Source: a virus
Taxonomy: Duplodnaviria; Caudoviricetes
Strand: one strand, 5' to 3'
Length of the DNA: 30,496 nucleotides
IMG/VR virus record: IMGVR_UViG_3300032327_000300
Span: 1 to 30,496 of that record
A program made the translations under genes and the position numbers. The notes under the pieces were generated by a model. The model had not been told where the DNA came from. It made no database searches and worked only from the letters and a program-made list of their open reading frames with translations. Shown here piece by piece: positions 1 through 10,617 of this stretch. Numbering within the stretch: the first letter of the stretch is position 1; the number at the start of each line of letters is the position of its first letter.

Positions 1-231
1 GCATGGACGCGTAAAGAGGGCAAAAACCCTTCTGGTGGGTTGAATGACAGAGGCCGCGCCTCTTTAAAAGCGGAAGGCCATGACATCAAAAGGCCACAGC
101 CTGAAGGTGGCTCTCGGAAAGACAGTTTCTGCGCCCGTATGACGGGGGTGAAGCGGAAGTTGACTGGTTCGGCAAAAGCCGCTGATCCTGACAGCCGTAT
201 CAATAAATCATTGCGTAAATGGGATTGCTGA
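1..231 (+). CDS. Small basic conserved phage protein (DUF6321-like), 5'-truncated
   Basis: Frame is open from base 1 (AWTRKEGKNPSGGLNDRGRAS...SFCARM...DPDSRINKSLRKWDC). The motif resembles a widespread small phage protein family; recognised from memory, not by search. Confidence 0.7.
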   Translation, partial: AWTRKEGKNPSGGLNDRGRASLKAEGHDIKRPQPEGGSRKDSFCARMTGVKRKLTGSAKAADPDSRINKSLRKWDC

Positions 232-232
232 C

Positions 233-400
233 ATGAGTGACAAACCTTTCTGGGAAAAAGACGCCCCCAAAGACGCGAAGGCAAAGCACCTGAACCGTCA
301 GCAGGTCCAGACCGCCAAGGCCAAAGCTCGCGCCGCAGGTCGGCCTTACCCAAACCTTGTAGATAACGCCGCCGTTGCCCGTGCAGGGAAAGGGAAATAA
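233..400 (+). CDS. Small basic hypothetical phage protein (55 aa; missing from ORF track)
   Basis: ATG 233 to TAA 398-400, MSDKPFWEKDAPKDAKAKHLNRQQVQTAKAKARAAGRPYPNLVDNAAVARAGKGK. It fills the gap between its neighbours with 1-nt spacing on each side. Confidence 0.8.
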   Translation: MSDKPFWEKDAPKDAKAKHLNRQQVQTAKAKARAAGRPYPNLVDNAAVARAGKGK

Positions 401-401
401 C

Positions 402-1163
402 ATGGCTACTCTTAACCCATCAATCACCCAAGCAGGTCGCTTTGAACCATTCGAACTTCAGGTTTCCAGAGGGCAAATTACCTTTCATTCTCCGCTATAC
501 TTGTTTGGGTTTACAACCTCTCTTGGTAGCACTGCTTATGGCCCGCTTTGGGAAGGGTTGACTGGTGCTGGCGGCAATTATGTTTACCCATCTTCTGCGG
601 TCGTAATGACGCTTGCCAGTTCTTCTGCGTCTGACACCGCTGTCGTTATCACGGTTAATGGGCTTGATGCGAACTATAATCAGATTTCTGAAAATGTGGC
701 ATTGAACGGCACAACCAATGTCAACACCACAAAGTCTTTTCTCCGCATCAACAACATGATGACATATTCTGGAAATGCTGTCGGGGCCGTAACTGCCATT
801 AACGGCGGGACAACATATGCTAAAATCACTGCTGGAAACGGCGACACGCAGATGTCCCTGTTTACTGTTCCGGCTGGTTACACGTTTTACCAGACGTATT
901 TCCAAGCAGACAGCAACACTTCAGTGACAAGCGGCGCATACGTTAAACTTCGCACATACTATGTGGACAATGCCGCTGGTGGCGTGATCCATGCGTCTGT
1001 GCAGTCTGTGTTCAACCAACAGCTTCAGGTTCCGCTTCAGTATCCTGTGGAGTTTCCAGAGAAGTGTGACATTCAGTATCAGTTGGTTGGCTCAGGTGGT
1101 GCAGGTGCAGTTGCTGATGTTTATGTTGGCGGTATTCTGGTGAAAACAGACGGCGCACTGTAA
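402..1163 (+). CDS. Conserved phage virion-associated beta-rich protein
   Basis: ATG 402 lies 1 nt after the upstream stop. FELQVSRGQI motif, beta-rich composition, position in the structural operon. Confidence 0.65.
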   Translation: MATLNPSITQAGRFEPFELQVSRGQITFHSPLYLFGFTTSLGSTAYGPLWEGLTGAGGNYVYPSSAVVMTLASSSASDTAVVITVNGLDANYNQISENVALNGTTNVNTTKSFLRINNMMTYSGNAVGAVTAINGGTTYAKITAGNGDTQMSLFTVPAGYTFYQTYFQADSNTSVTSGAYVKLRTYYVDNAAGGVIHASVQSVFNQQLQVPLQYPVEFPEKCDIQYQLVGSGGAGAVADVYVGGILVKTDGAL

Positions 1164-1174
1164 GGATTTCAGGC

Positions 1175-1996
1175 ATGGCAAATGTCACAATCTCTGGTCT
1201 TGCGGCAGGGACCGCCCTTGTAGGCACGGAGCCATTTCCCGGCGTTCAGGCTGGAAATACGGTCAAATTTACTGCGACCCAAATTGCCACCTTTGCTTGG
1301 ACAACGCCTGTTCTGACGGGTAACGTCTCGCTTTCGACGATTATCACTCCCGCGACCAATACCGATTTGACCGTTACACCAAATGGCACTGGATCGGTTT
1401 TGCTCAACTCAACCACCAATGTTGGGTTGAAATCATCGATCACCACGGTCGGGACTGGTTCGGCAGACGCCACCATCACCACCAAGGGTGCAAATAACCT
1501 GATCCTGCGCACGAATGACGCGACAGCGAATCAGGGCATCATCACGATCAATGACGGCGTGAATGGCGATATTTCCATTTCTCCTGACGGCACAGGCCAA
1601 TTGCTTGTTCTCAAAAATGTTCTTGGGTCAACAGCAATTCGCTCCAATAGCCCTACAAGCGGCGTTGGTTATGCCACTGGTGCTGGTGGGACGGTTACAC
1701 AAGCCACAAGCAAGGCCACTGGCGTGTCTTTGAGCAAGGTGTGCGGGGCAATCACTACCGCCGCTGACGCCCTTGCCGCAGACACCTCTGTGTCTTTCAC
1801 ACTGACCAACACTGCATCGGCGGCTGGTGATGTAATGATTTTGAACCATGTTTCGGGCGGCACAATTGGCGCATACACACTCAATGCGGCTTGCACGGCT
1901 GGATCTGTTTCAATCACAATCCACAATGTCACAACCGGGTCATTGAGCGAAACACTTGTTATTGGTTTTGTTCTTATCAAAGCCGTCACAGCCTAA
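1175..1996 (+). CDS. Fibre/decoration-like structural protein (273 aa)
   Basis: SD AAGGA upstream; Thr/Gly-rich. N-terminal motif resembles that of the 3455 fibre; C-terminal GYATGAGGTVTQATSKATGV domain. Confidence 0.6.
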   Translation: MANVTISGLAAGTALVGTEPFPGVQAGNTVKFTATQIATFAWTTPVLTGNVSLSTIITPATNTDLTVTPNGTGSVLLNSTTNVGLKSSITTVGTGSADATITTKGANNLILRTNDATANQGIITINDGVNGDISISPDGTGQLLVLKNVLGSTAIRSNSPTSGVGYATGAGGTVTQATSKATGVSLSKVCGAITTAADALAADTSVSFTLTNTASAAGDVMILNHVSGGTIGAYTLNAACTAGSVSITIHNVTTGSLSETLVIGFVLIKAVTA

Positions 1997-2006
1997 AGGG
2001 TGAAGC

Positions 2007-2720
2007 ATGGCCTCCAGCGGAACATACGCCTTCAATCCATCCCTTGGTGAGTTGACGCTTTACGCGTTTAATCTGGCGGGTGTTCGCAATACGGCGATCC
2101 TGCAAGAGCATATGTCCAGTTCGCGCATTGCCATGAACCTGATGCTCTCGCGTTGGGCCAACATGGGCGTGAACCTCTGGAAGGTTGATCTGGTCACGTT
2201 GCCACTGGTGACAGGCCAAACGGAATACACTGCTGGCACTGACGCCAATGATGCCAAGCGCACTGTGATGGTGCTTGATGCGTATGTGACAACGACACAG
2301 ACGGGCCAAAACATCGACCGAATCATTTTGCCTGTCAGCCGCACGGAATATGCTTCATACCCCAACAAACAACAGCAGGGGTTCCCGACAATTTACTGGT
2401 TTGACCGCCTGATCAGCCCAACCATGACAATATGGCCTGTGCCAAATACCGATAGTGGCCCAGCCACGATCAACTTTTACCGCGTGACACAGATTGAAGA
2501 CGCGAATGTCGCAGACGGTCAAACTGCGGATATTCCGTATCGTTGGCTTGATGCTTTTGCAAACGGTTTGGCGTATCGTCTTGCACGGGTATGGAACCCG
2601 CAGATGGTAGCGCAGTTGAAACCAGAGGCTGACGAAGCCTACGCAATTGCGGCACAGCAGGATGTTGAAGACGTTGATATGTTCATCTCACCACAAATGA
2701 GTGGGTATTGGCGCAATTAA
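2007..2720 (+). CDS. Head-tail adaptor / tail tubular protein A-like (P22 gp4 / T7 gp11-like)
   Basis: Helical N- and C-termini (MNLMLSRWANMGVNLW; IPYRWLDAFANGLAYRLA) flank a beta insertion (GFPTIYW..IWPVP). Size and context fit an adaptor. Confidence 0.65.
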   Translation: MASSGTYAFNPSLGELTLYAFNLAGVRNTAILQEHMSSSRIAMNLMLSRWANMGVNLWKVDLVTLPLVTGQTEYTAGTDANDAKRTVMVLDAYVTTTQTGQNIDRIILPVSRTEYASYPNKQQQGFPTIYWFDRLISPTMTIWPVPNTDSGPATINFYRVTQIEDANVADGQTADIPYRWLDAFANGLAYRLARVWNPQMVAQLKPEADEAYAIAAQQDVEDVDMFISPQMSGYWRN

Positions 2721-2729
2721 GGACGCATT

Positions 2730-3455
2730 ATGAGAGCGCACGGCAGAGCAAGGGTCAGTTCTAAAAACCCGCAGGCGTTCGCAATCTGTGACCGTTGCGC
2801 GATGCTTTACAACCATGTCGATCTGCAATGGCAGTATGACTGGGCTGGTGCATCTCTGATCAACAAGCGCATGCTGGTCTGCAAACCGTGCCTCGACACG
2901 CCGCAGGAACAACTTCGCGCAATTATTCTTCCCGCCGATCCCGTGCCAATCGTCAATCCTCGTGTCGAGCCGTATGCTTATGATTCCACGGACTACGAGA
3001 CAACAACTGAACCGCCAATCATTGACCCTACAACAGGCATCCCGATCCAGCAGGGCCAAAACATCATTACGCAGGATGGGCAGAATGTTGTCATGCAACC
3101 TGTCGGTGTCCCCACGGGATACACGGGCAATGCTGTCATGCCTATTCAAGAAGGGATTGTTTATGCACAAAACATTCCCTATTTGTCGGTCTCCTCAATC
3201 GGAACCAATGTCATCACGGTGACTTGTTCGACGCCGCACGGCTTGGCGACAAATGATCAGATTTCGGTGCAGGGTCTTACTGACCCGAAAGCATGCGGCA
3301 TGTTCAGCATCACTGTCACGACAGCCACGGCGTTCACATACAGCCCAACACAAATTATCCCTGCTGGGACGTTGCAACAGTCGTCAACTCAAATGATCAC
3401 TGCTATAATGGGCCTGCCATATGGGTTTGTCCAAATTCCGCAGGTAGGTGCTTAA
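2730..3455 (+). CDS. Phage protein with N-terminal CxxC...CxxC zinc-binding motif and C-terminal FCCH-like beta domain
   Basis: AICDRC and LVCKPCLD motifs; C-terminal ITVTCSTPHGLATNDQISVQG motif. Confidence 0.6.
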   Translation: MRAHGRARVSSKNPQAFAICDRCAMLYNHVDLQWQYDWAGASLINKRMLVCKPCLDTPQEQLRAIILPADPVPIVNPRVEPYAYDSTDYETTTEPPIIDPTTGIPIQQGQNIITQDGQNVVMQPVGVPTGYTGNAVMPIQEGIVYAQNIPYLSVSSIGTNVITVTCSTPHGLATNDQISVQGLTDPKACGMFSITVTTATAFTYSPTQIIPAGTLQQSSTQMITAIMGLPYGFVQIPQVGA

Positions 3456-6094
3456 TGTCGAATACAACCATTACCAATCTTCCTGTGGCAATTGCCCTTA
3501 CTGGGAATGAAGAAGTTCAAGTTGTTCAAAGCAATGTTTCGGTGCGGACGACCGTGCAGGACATTGCCAATCTCGCGCCCAATCAGGGAACAGTGACGCA
3601 GGTAAACACTAGCTCTCCGGTCACTGGCGGTCCTTTTACAGAAACTGGCACTATTGGCCTTGCGGTAAATGGTGTGACAAACACCTATCTTGCACCAATG
3701 CCAGCAAACACCTTCAAAGGGAATGCAGGCGGAACCGCGCTTACCCCCCAAGATTTAACTATCACTCAAACCCTTTCTGCGCTTGGTATTGGGAACATTG
3801 CCAGCAACACAATCCTTGGGAACATTTCGGGTTCCACGGGCAACCCATCAGCTTTTACGCTCTCGCAATACATCGACACGGCTATCAGCAATACGCAAGG
3901 TGCGATCTTGTATCGCAGTGGAACTGAATGGAACGCATTGCCGCCCGGCACAAATGGGCAACTTTTGCGGACAAATGGTAGCGGGGCAAACCCAAGTTGG
4001 TTTACAGCGGCAGGTTCTGGAACTGTTACGCAGATCAACACCGGAACTGGCCTTACTGGTGGCCCGATTACCAATTCTGGCACAATCAGCATCGCCAACA
4101 CAGCGGTATCTGCTGGGACATATGGGTCAGCAAGTTTAGTCCCAACATATCAAGTCAATGCTCAAGGTCAGTTGACCAATGCAACCAATGTTGCAATTGC
4201 GATTGATGCTTCGGCTGTCACCTCTGGAACACTTGCAGTTGCGCGTGGCGGCACTGGCACAGGGACCGCGCCAACAAATGGCCAGTTGCTGATTGGAAAT
4301 GGGACAGGATATTCACTGAATACGCTGACTGCTGGCACTGGCATTGGCGTGACAAATACTGCTGGGTCAATCTCTGTTAAAATTGCCGACACAGCGGTTA
4401 CTGCTGGTTCGTATGGAACATCGGCGGCTGTTGGCACGTTTACAGTTGATCAACAGGGCCGCATCACTGCCGCCTCCAATACGACAATCAATGCCGTTAC
4501 ATTGACCACGGGGACAATTTCCACAACCCCATCGAACGGCACTGATTTGGTCAACAAAAACTATGTTGATTCGGTTGCAAACGGCATCAATTTTCATCCC
4601 GCCTGTCAGTATGCGACAACGACCACACTGCCGTCATTTACCTACAATAACGGCGTAAGTGGTGTTGGGGCAACTATCACGGCAAATGCCAATGGCGTTT
4701 TGGTCATTGATGGTCACACTTTCACAACGACTGATGTTACAAACGGCGTTCGTATTCTTGTAAAGAACGAAACATCAGGCAACGCGCCATACAATGGTGC
4801 TTATGTTATTACGGCTCCCGGCAGTGCTATCACACCATTTGCCATGATCCGTGCAACTGATTATGACTCCAGCGGCACGGGTGCGAACGAAATTGATCAA
4901 GGCGATTTCTTTTACATTGCATCAGGGACAACCAACGCAAACACTTCATGGGTTCAGCAAACACCGCTCCCAATTGTTGTTGGCACAACTGCCCTTACAT
5001 TTATCCAGTTTGGCGCATCAGGCGTAACATATAGTGCAGGCACTGGGCTATCTCTTGTTGGGACGGTGTTCAGCATCACCAATACCGCTGTCACCGCTGG
5101 GTCATATGGCTCGGCATCATCTGTCCCAACTTATACGGTAAACTCACAGGGACAGCTTACAGCGGCTTCCAACACATCAATAGCCATTGACGCCTCGGCA
5201 GTGACAAGCGGCACGTTGGCAGTGGCACGGGGCGGCACAGGGCTGTCATCATATGCAGTTGGCGATTTGCTGTATGCCTCTGGGGCAACAACGCTTGCAA
5301 GCCTTGCAGATGTGGCGACTGGTTCGGTATTGGTTTCTGGTGGTGTGGGTGTTGCGCCTGCTTACTCGTCCACGCCATCGGTCAGCACCGTCACTGCCAC
5401 TGCTTCCAAAACAGCATCGTCAACGACTGGTGCGTTCAATTATGGGACAAACGGTTTTTCTGACACCAGCGTGTTGGCAAACTTTACCTCCAGCACAAAC
5501 GGTTACAATCAGATTACGATCCAGAACACCTCAAGCGGGGCATCTGCATCGGCTGAATTTGTTGCCTACAACAACAACGGGTCTGCGGCGACAAACTATG
5601 CCACGGTCGGGATCAATTCGTCTGGCTACACTGGCACGGGTTCAATCAACGCCGCTGGTTATGGGTATTTCCTGACGGGTTCGACTGATCTGGTGGTCGG
5701 GACCATTGGCGCAAATGCCATGCACTTTACAACCAATTCCAGTGCCACGGACTCTATGTTGATTTCGTCGGCTGGGCTTGTGTCATTCCCAACCACAACT
5801 GCGATTGTTCTGCCAAATGGAACGACAGCCCAGCAACCAACTGGCGCGTCAGGCATGTTGCGGTTCAATACCACAACAACTTCATTTGAAGGGTATAACG
5901 GCACGGCTTGGGGTTCCATTGGTGGCGGTGCAACTGGCGGTGGAACTGATCAGATTTTCTACCTGAATGGGCAGACAGTCACCACAAATTATAGTATACC
6001 TGCTGGTCAGAACGCTGGGACGTTCGGCCCTGTCACAGTCAACGGTGGTGCAACGGTCACCGTGCCATCTGGTTCAACTTGGAGCATTGTCTGA
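3455..6094 (+). CDS. Long tail fibre protein (879 aa)
   Basis: TAATG coupling gives a start at 3455 rather than 3293. T/G/S/A-rich, with internal repeats (TAVxAGxYG, SGTLAVARGGTG), a GMLRFNTTTTSFEGYNGTAWG motif and a C-terminal TVPSGSTWSIV cap. Confidence 0.85.
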   Translation: MSNTTITNLPVAIALTGNEEVQVVQSNVSVRTTVQDIANLAPNQGTVTQVNTSSPVTGGPFTETGTIGLAVNGVTNTYLAPMPANTFKGNAGGTALTPQDLTITQTLSALGIGNIASNTILGNISGSTGNPSAFTLSQYIDTAISNTQGAILYRSGTEWNALPPGTNGQLLRTNGSGANPSWFTAAGSGTVTQINTGTGLTGGPITNSGTISIANTAVSAGTYGSASLVPTYQVNAQGQLTNATNVAIAIDASAVTSGTLAVARGGTGTGTAPTNGQLLIGNGTGYSLNTLTAGTGIGVTNTAGSISVKIADTAVTAGSYGTSAAVGTFTVDQQGRITAASNTTINAVTLTTGTISTTPSNGTDLVNKNYVDSVANGINFHPACQYATTTTLPSFTYNNGVSGVGATITANANGVLVIDGHTFTTTDVTNGVRILVKNETSGNAPYNGAYVITAPGSAITPFAMIRATDYDSSGTGANEIDQGDFFYIASGTTNANTSWVQQTPLPIVVGTTALTFIQFGASGVTYSAGTGLSLVGTVFSITNTAVTAGSYGSASSVPTYTVNSQGQLTAASNTSIAIDASAVTSGTLAVARGGTGLSSYAVGDLLYASGATTLASLADVATGSVLVSGGVGVAPAYSSTPSVSTVTATASKTASSTTGAFNYGTNGFSDTSVLANFTSSTNGYNQITIQNTSSGASASAEFVAYNNNGSAATNYATVGINSSGYTGTGSINAAGYGYFLTGSTDLVVGTIGANAMHFTTNSSATDSMLISSAGLVSFPTTTAIVLPNGTTAQQPTGASGMLRFNTTTTSFEGYNGTAWGSIGGGATGGGTDQIFYLNGQTVTTNYSIPAGQNAGTFGPVTVNGGATVTVPSGSTWSIV
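4085..5243 (+). repeat. Internal protein-level repeats in the tail fibre (three copies)
   Basis: Copies at ~4085-4260 (IANTAVSAGTYGSASLVPTYQVNAQGQLT...SGTLAVARGGTG), ~4380-4490 (partial) and ~5070-5243 (ITNTAVTAGSYGSASSVPTYTVNSQGQLT...SGTLAVARGGTG). Confidence 0.85.
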
Positions 6095-7083
6095 TGCCGA
6101 TCAAACTTAACGGTTCTACGTCTGGTTACAGCCAGCTTCAGGCGGCGGCAGTTGCGGCAAGCAATACGCTTACCCTTCCAGCCAGCAATGGCGCACTTGT
6201 GGCACAAAGCACGACCACTGCGCCTACCAATGGGCAGATACCGATTGGGAACGGCACGGACTATACTGCCGCAACGATCACTGCTGGGACGGGTATCACT
6301 GTCACCAATGGGGCAGGGACAATCACGCTTGCAAGCACGGCGGGTTCCAACCCCACTGTGTTGACCTACAACTCCTCTAGCACATGGACTAAAGCAACAG
6401 ATGTTCCTGCTGGTTGCACTATGGCACTGATTGAAGTTTGGGGTGGGGGAGGCGGTGGTGGGCGTTCTACTTCTGTTGGTCAAACTGGCGGTGGAGGTGG
6501 TGGGGCTTATAATTATATTGTTATTCCTATCTCTTCTCTTGGTGCAACAGAAACTGTTACTGCAGGTGCTGCTGGACTTGGAGCAACAGCAACAGGCTTT
6601 GGCGGAACTGGTGGCACTTCGTCATTTGGAACATCGCCATATGTTACAGTATATGGTGGACGCGGTGGAAATTATGGCGGGGCGGGAACTACAGATGTAG
6701 GCTTGTCATCGACTGGGCAAGGCGGAGGCGGCACTACATTTTCTAATAAATATAATGGCGTAACAGTAGCAACAGATTTAACATCAGTTTTTTCATATCC
6801 ATTGCCAACACTAACTTACGGCGGGAATGGTGGCGGCTTCGCTGGACCAAATGCAACTTACGTAATTGCAGGGTCATCAACTTACGGTGGCGGCGGCGGG
6901 GGTGGCGGGGCAACTGCTCCTATGCAAGTTGCTGGAACTTCTACTTTCGGTGGTAATGGCGGCGCATCTGCGGCATCGCCGGGCGCAGGAACGCAACCCG
7001 CTGGCGGCGGTGCTGGTTCAACATCTGCTAACGTCAACGGCGCGGCTGGCGGTGCTGGGCGCGTCAAGATTACAATGTGGTGA
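6094..7083 (+). CDS. Gly-rich fibre tip / putative receptor-binding protein (329 aa)
   Basis: TGATG coupling at 6092-6096. IEVWGGGGGGG...GGAGRVKITMW polyglycine domain; shares the TAPTNGQ.IGNGT module with the long fibre. Confidence 0.75.
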   Translation: MPIKLNGSTSGYSQLQAAAVAASNTLTLPASNGALVAQSTTTAPTNGQIPIGNGTDYTAATITAGTGITVTNGAGTITLASTAGSNPTVLTYNSSSTWTKATDVPAGCTMALIEVWGGGGGGGRSTSVGQTGGGGGGAYNYIVIPISSLGATETVTAGAAGLGATATGFGGTGGTSSFGTSPYVTVYGGRGGNYGGAGTTDVGLSSTGQGGGGTTFSNKYNGVTVATDLTSVFSYPLPTLTYGGNGGGFAGPNATYVIAGSSTYGGGGGGGGATAPMQVAGTSTFGGNGGASAASPGAGTQPAGGGAGSTSANVNGAAGGAGRVKITMW

Positions 7084-7268
7084 TGGTCATGTATTATCTT
7101 CTCGTTAAAGACGGTGTGATCGTAAACGCAATTGACTGGGATGGTGTGTCGCCATACACGCCGCCAGATGGTTGTGAATTGGTTACGACCGATGAGTTTT
7201 TCAGCATTGGCTGGCTGTGGGTTGATGGGCATCCTGTCGATTCAAATCCACCCGCACCTAGCGCATAA
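7083..7268 (+). CDS. Small acidic protein, putative tail fibre assembly chaperone
   Basis: TGATG coupling. YLLVKDGVIVNAIDWDG...IGWLWVDG motif is typical of small genes following Gly-rich fibres. Confidence 0.6.
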   Translation: MVMYYLLVKDGVIVNAIDWDGVSPYTPPDGCELVTTDEFFSIGWLWVDGHPVDSNPPAPSA

Positions 7269-7277
7269 AGGTTAACC

Positions 7278-7718
7278 ATGACAATCACAGTTGACGGAAC
7301 CAACGGCGTTACGACACCTTCGGTATCCCTGCAAAACATTCAGGAAACCGCAACTGTGTCTGCCACGGCATCGACGGGGACGATCAACTATGATGTCGCC
7401 ACCCAGTCCGTGCTGTATTATACCACCAATGCCAGCGGCAACTTCACCGTCAACTTCCGTGGAAACAGCGGAACAACGCTAAACACCCTACTTGCAACTG
7501 GCAAGGCCTTTACTGCGGTGTTTTTGAATACAAATGGCGCAACGGCATATTACTGCACGGGCGTGTCAATTGATGGCGTGTCACAGACTGTGAAATGGCA
7601 GACTTCGACACCGACAGCAGGCAACGCCAGCGCGGTGGATGTCTATTCGTTCAGCATCATCAAGACAGCTTCCACGCCGACTTACACGGTTCTCGGAACC
7701 ATCAGCAAGTTCGTCTGA
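7278..7718 (+). CDS. Short fibre / fibre adaptor protein (146 aa)
   Basis: SD AAGG upstream. C-terminal [26 protein letters not shown] beta-sandwich motif common at fibre ends. Confidence 0.65.
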   Translation: MTITVDGTNGVTTPSVSLQNIQETATVSATASTGTINYDVATQSVLYYTTNASGNFTVNFRGNSGTTLNTLLATGKAFTAVFLNTNGATAYYCTGVSIDGVSQTVKWQTSTPTAGNASAVDVYSFSIIKTASTPTYTVLGTISKFV

Positions 7719-7725
7719 GGATAAC

Positions 7726-9717
7726 ATGCCAACAATTGTCACAGCAGGAGCGGCAACAGCAGGGGCTTATGGGTGGGCTATCAATGGCCTTGATCCGTAT
7801 TCCTATGATGTGTTGCTCGTTGCTGGTGGCGGTGGCGGGGGCTATACCCGCGCTGGTGGCGGCGGGGCTGGTGGTGTTCGCTACCTTGGCAATCAATCTA
7901 CCAATCACGGATCAACATATAGTTTTTCTGTTGGCTCTGGTGGAACTGGGGGAACAGCAGTTTCGGCTGTTGGAACTTCAGGCGGCGATACAACATATGC
8001 TGGCATCACTGTTTATGGCGGCGGTGTCGGTGGCAATACAACGGGGTCTCAAGGCCAATCTGTCCAACGGGCGCAAGTTACGGCAAGCATAACCACTACA
8101 ACTATGACCGTTACGGCTGTCCAATACGGAATGATCAAGGTTGGACAAGTTATCACGGGGACGGGTGTAACGGTTGGAACAACAGTCACAGCATTGGGAA
8201 CTGGTAACGGTGGCACAGGCACATATACTGTTTCTGTTTCGCAAACAGTGGCATCAACATCCATAACAACCACCTCTTCTCCTGTGACAACGGGTTCTGG
8301 CGGTGGTTCAGCAGATTATACAGCGGCAAGTTTTACGGCTTCTATTTCTGGAACAGTCATGACTGTTACGGCTGTTTCAAGTGGGACATTGGCGGTTGGT
8401 CAATATCTTGATTCCAGCGGAACCCAAGTTTACAATCCCAATACAATCCCTGAAGGCACATACATTGTGTCTTTTGGCACAGGGAGTGGAACCACGGGGA
8501 CTTACAATTTAAGCACATCATTTACCCTTGCAAGCACAGCCGTTCAGGCCGTTAGCAATGGCGGTCTTGGAACTGCTGGGCAGGGCAATAGTGGTGGCAA
8601 TAGCAGTTATTCTGCGACCTCCGCTTCTGGTGGTGGAGGCGGTGGTGCTGGCGCAGTTGGTGGGCGCGGGTTCCGTGGGTTGGCTGGGCATTATTCCAAT
8701 GGTGGCATTGGTCTTGTCACTTCAATTTATCCAAACTTTGTAGCATTCGGTGGCGGGGGTGGAGGCGGCGGCTACGGCACAGGCAACTCTTCGTCGTCAT
8801 ATGGTTTCGGTGGCCTCGGTGGAGGAGGGAGAGGCGGGTCTCCGGCGGCTTCTACATTTGCCGTAGGAACCGTCAATCAAACAACCACCACAATGACCGT
8901 AACGTCATTGCAGGCAAACTCCCTAACGGCCTCCATTTCTGGTTCTGTTTTGACCGTAACGGCGGCGACCGTGGGTCATCCGCTAATTGGGTCTGTGATT
9001 ACGGGGACTGGCGTTACTTCTGGAACCGTTATTACTGGCCTGTTGACGGGTTCTGGAACCGCTGGAACTAGCACATACAGCTTAAACAAAAGCTCAACAT
9101 CAACATCTGGCGCGTTAAATGCCGCCGCGCCAACATTTTTGCCGGGAGCATCATACACAAGCACGGGAACAACGCAGAAAGTTGTGTCTCAGCTTACGGC
9201 GACCAATACTGCGGTGTTGACAACAACCGCTACAGGAACAAGCGGGACTTATTATATTACGGTTGCAAGCACCGCTGGATTGACCGCTGGCATGTTTGTC
9301 CAGCCAATTTCTGGCGTTCCAGTCAACACGTTCATCAATGCGATCAACGGCACAACGCTTGAATTGACCAACGCGCTCACAGGCACGTTAGCTTCGGCAT
9401 CCATTAATTTTTATCCGCAAGGGATGCAAGGCACATACACAATGGATGTGTCCCAGCCGTTATCCGCTGTCGTTATGACTGCCACCGGAACAACTGCTGT
9501 CAATGGGTCAAATGGAATACAATATACTGGTGGTGGCGGTGGTGGCGGGTCTGGAAATGGCGGTGCTGGGGGAAATGGTGGTGATGGTTGCGTCATCATC
9601 CGCTATCCAACAGCATTCACCCAACCCACAATCACAGGCACATATTCATCTGTCACATCTGGCGTATATACGATATACTTGCTGTCAGGCAGTGGCACTG
9701 TCAAATGGAACCAATAG
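7726..9717 (+). CDS. Large Gly-rich fibre / putative adhesin with inserted Thr-rich beta repeats (663 aa)
   Basis: SD GAGGA precedes ATG 7726. [10 protein letters not shown]...[14 protein letters not shown] Gly-rich frame is interrupted by TASISGxVxTVTA repeats. Confidence 0.75.
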   Translation: MPTIVTAGAATAGAYGWAINGLDPYSYDVLLVAGGGGGGYTRAGGGGAGGVRYLGNQSTNHGSTYSFSVGSGGTGGTAVSAVGTSGGDTTYAGITVYGGGVGGNTTGSQGQSVQRAQVTASITTTTMTVTAVQYGMIKVGQVITGTGVTVGTTVTALGTGNGGTGTYTVSVSQTVASTSITTTSSPVTTGSGGGSADYTAASFTASISGTVMTVTAVSSGTLAVGQYLDSSGTQVYNPNTIPEGTYIVSFGTGSGTTGTYNLSTSFTLASTAVQAVSNGGLGTAGQGNSGGNSSYSATSASGGGGGGAGAVGGRGFRGLAGHYSNGGIGLVTSIYPNFVAFGGGGGGGGYGTGNSSSSYGFGGLGGGGRGGSPAASTFAVGTVNQTTTTMTVTSLQANSLTASISGSVLTVTAATVGHPLIGSVITGTGVTSGTVITGLLTGSGTAGTSTYSLNKSSTSTSGALNAAAPTFLPGASYTSTGTTQKVVSQLTATNTAVLTTTATGTSGTYYITVASTAGLTAGMFVQPISGVPVNTFINAINGTTLELTNALTGTLASASINFYPQGMQGTYTMDVSQPLSAVVMTATGTTAVNGSNGIQYTGGGGGGGSGNGGAGGNGGDGCVIIRYPTAFTQPTITGTYSSVTSGVYTIYLLSGSGTVKWNQ

Positions 9718-9726
9718 GAGGCCGTT

Positions 9727-10614
9727 ATGGGCTTGAAGGTTGATACGATCCAAAACCCCACATCGGCGACAGTCAATCTGACGCTTGATACCAGCGGCAA
9801 TACAACTGTCGGTGCTAACTTGGCCCTGTCAGGCACTGCCGCCCGCATCACTGGCGATTTTGGCAATGCGACAAATGCTAACCGTGTGATAATTCAAAAT
9901 AGCACGGTCAATGGTGGCACGCGCGTCAGCGCAATACCAAATGGCACAGCATCAAGTGCGGGTTTTGAGGCTTACAGCGGACCAAGCACCGATCCCAACA
10001 ATGCGTCTATTGCCGTAATGGCGGCACAGGGAACAACTGATGTTCGGTTTTCTTCCACTATTTCCGGCACAGGCACTTATCTGCCCATGACCTTCTACAC
10101 CAATGGGTCAGAACAGATGCGTATTTCTACCGCTGGCATTGTCACAGGCACTGCTGGCAATCTGATGCTGGTTCAGGGGACTTCACAGGCATCAACCAGT
10201 GGAACGGCAATCAATTTCACGGGTATCCCCTCTTGGGTAAAACGCATCACCGTCACTTTTGCGGGTGTTGCCAATGCTAACACTCCATTGGTTCAACTTG
10301 GAACAGGCGCAACGCCAACTTATACAACTTCTGGCTATGTTGGTGGGGCTGACAACCGTGCCGCCACTACTATAACAACCACTGGCTTTGCGGCGACTTA
10401 TAGCGCTGGATATACCATCAGCGGGCAAATGATTTTGTGTTTAAACAGCGCAAATACATGGACTCAATCTGTTATCACTTTTCAAACTGGTTTTGTTACA
10501 ACTTGGGGGGCGGGATATGTGGCTCTTGGGGCCGTGTTAACGGCTATTCGTGTTACAACTATAAGCGGCACAGATGCCTTTTCCGCTGGCACAATCAACA
10601 TCCAATACGAGTAA
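9727..10614 (+). CDS. Tail fibre-like protein (295 aa)
   Basis: SD AGGAGG upstream. MTFYTNGSEQMRISTAG fibre motif and C-terminal STSGTAINFTGIPSWVKRITV domain. Confidence 0.75.
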   Translation: MGLKVDTIQNPTSATVNLTLDTSGNTTVGANLALSGTAARITGDFGNATNANRVIIQNSTVNGGTRVSAIPNGTASSAGFEAYSGPSTDPNNASIAVMAAQGTTDVRFSSTISGTGTYLPMTFYTNGSEQMRISTAGIVTGTAGNLMLVQGTSQASTSGTAINFTGIPSWVKRITVTFAGVANANTPLVQLGTGATPTYTTSGYVGGADNRAATTITTTGFAATYSAGYTISGQMILCLNSANTWTQSVITFQTGFVTTWGAGYVALGAVLTAIRVTTISGTDAFSAGTINIQYE

Positions 10615-10617
10615 GCC

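Noticed and set aside
4085-5243. Fibre repeats as a DGR template/variable pair or invertible cassette
   Set aside because: Differences are mostly synonymous rather than adenine-specific; no reverse transcriptase or invertase in the window.
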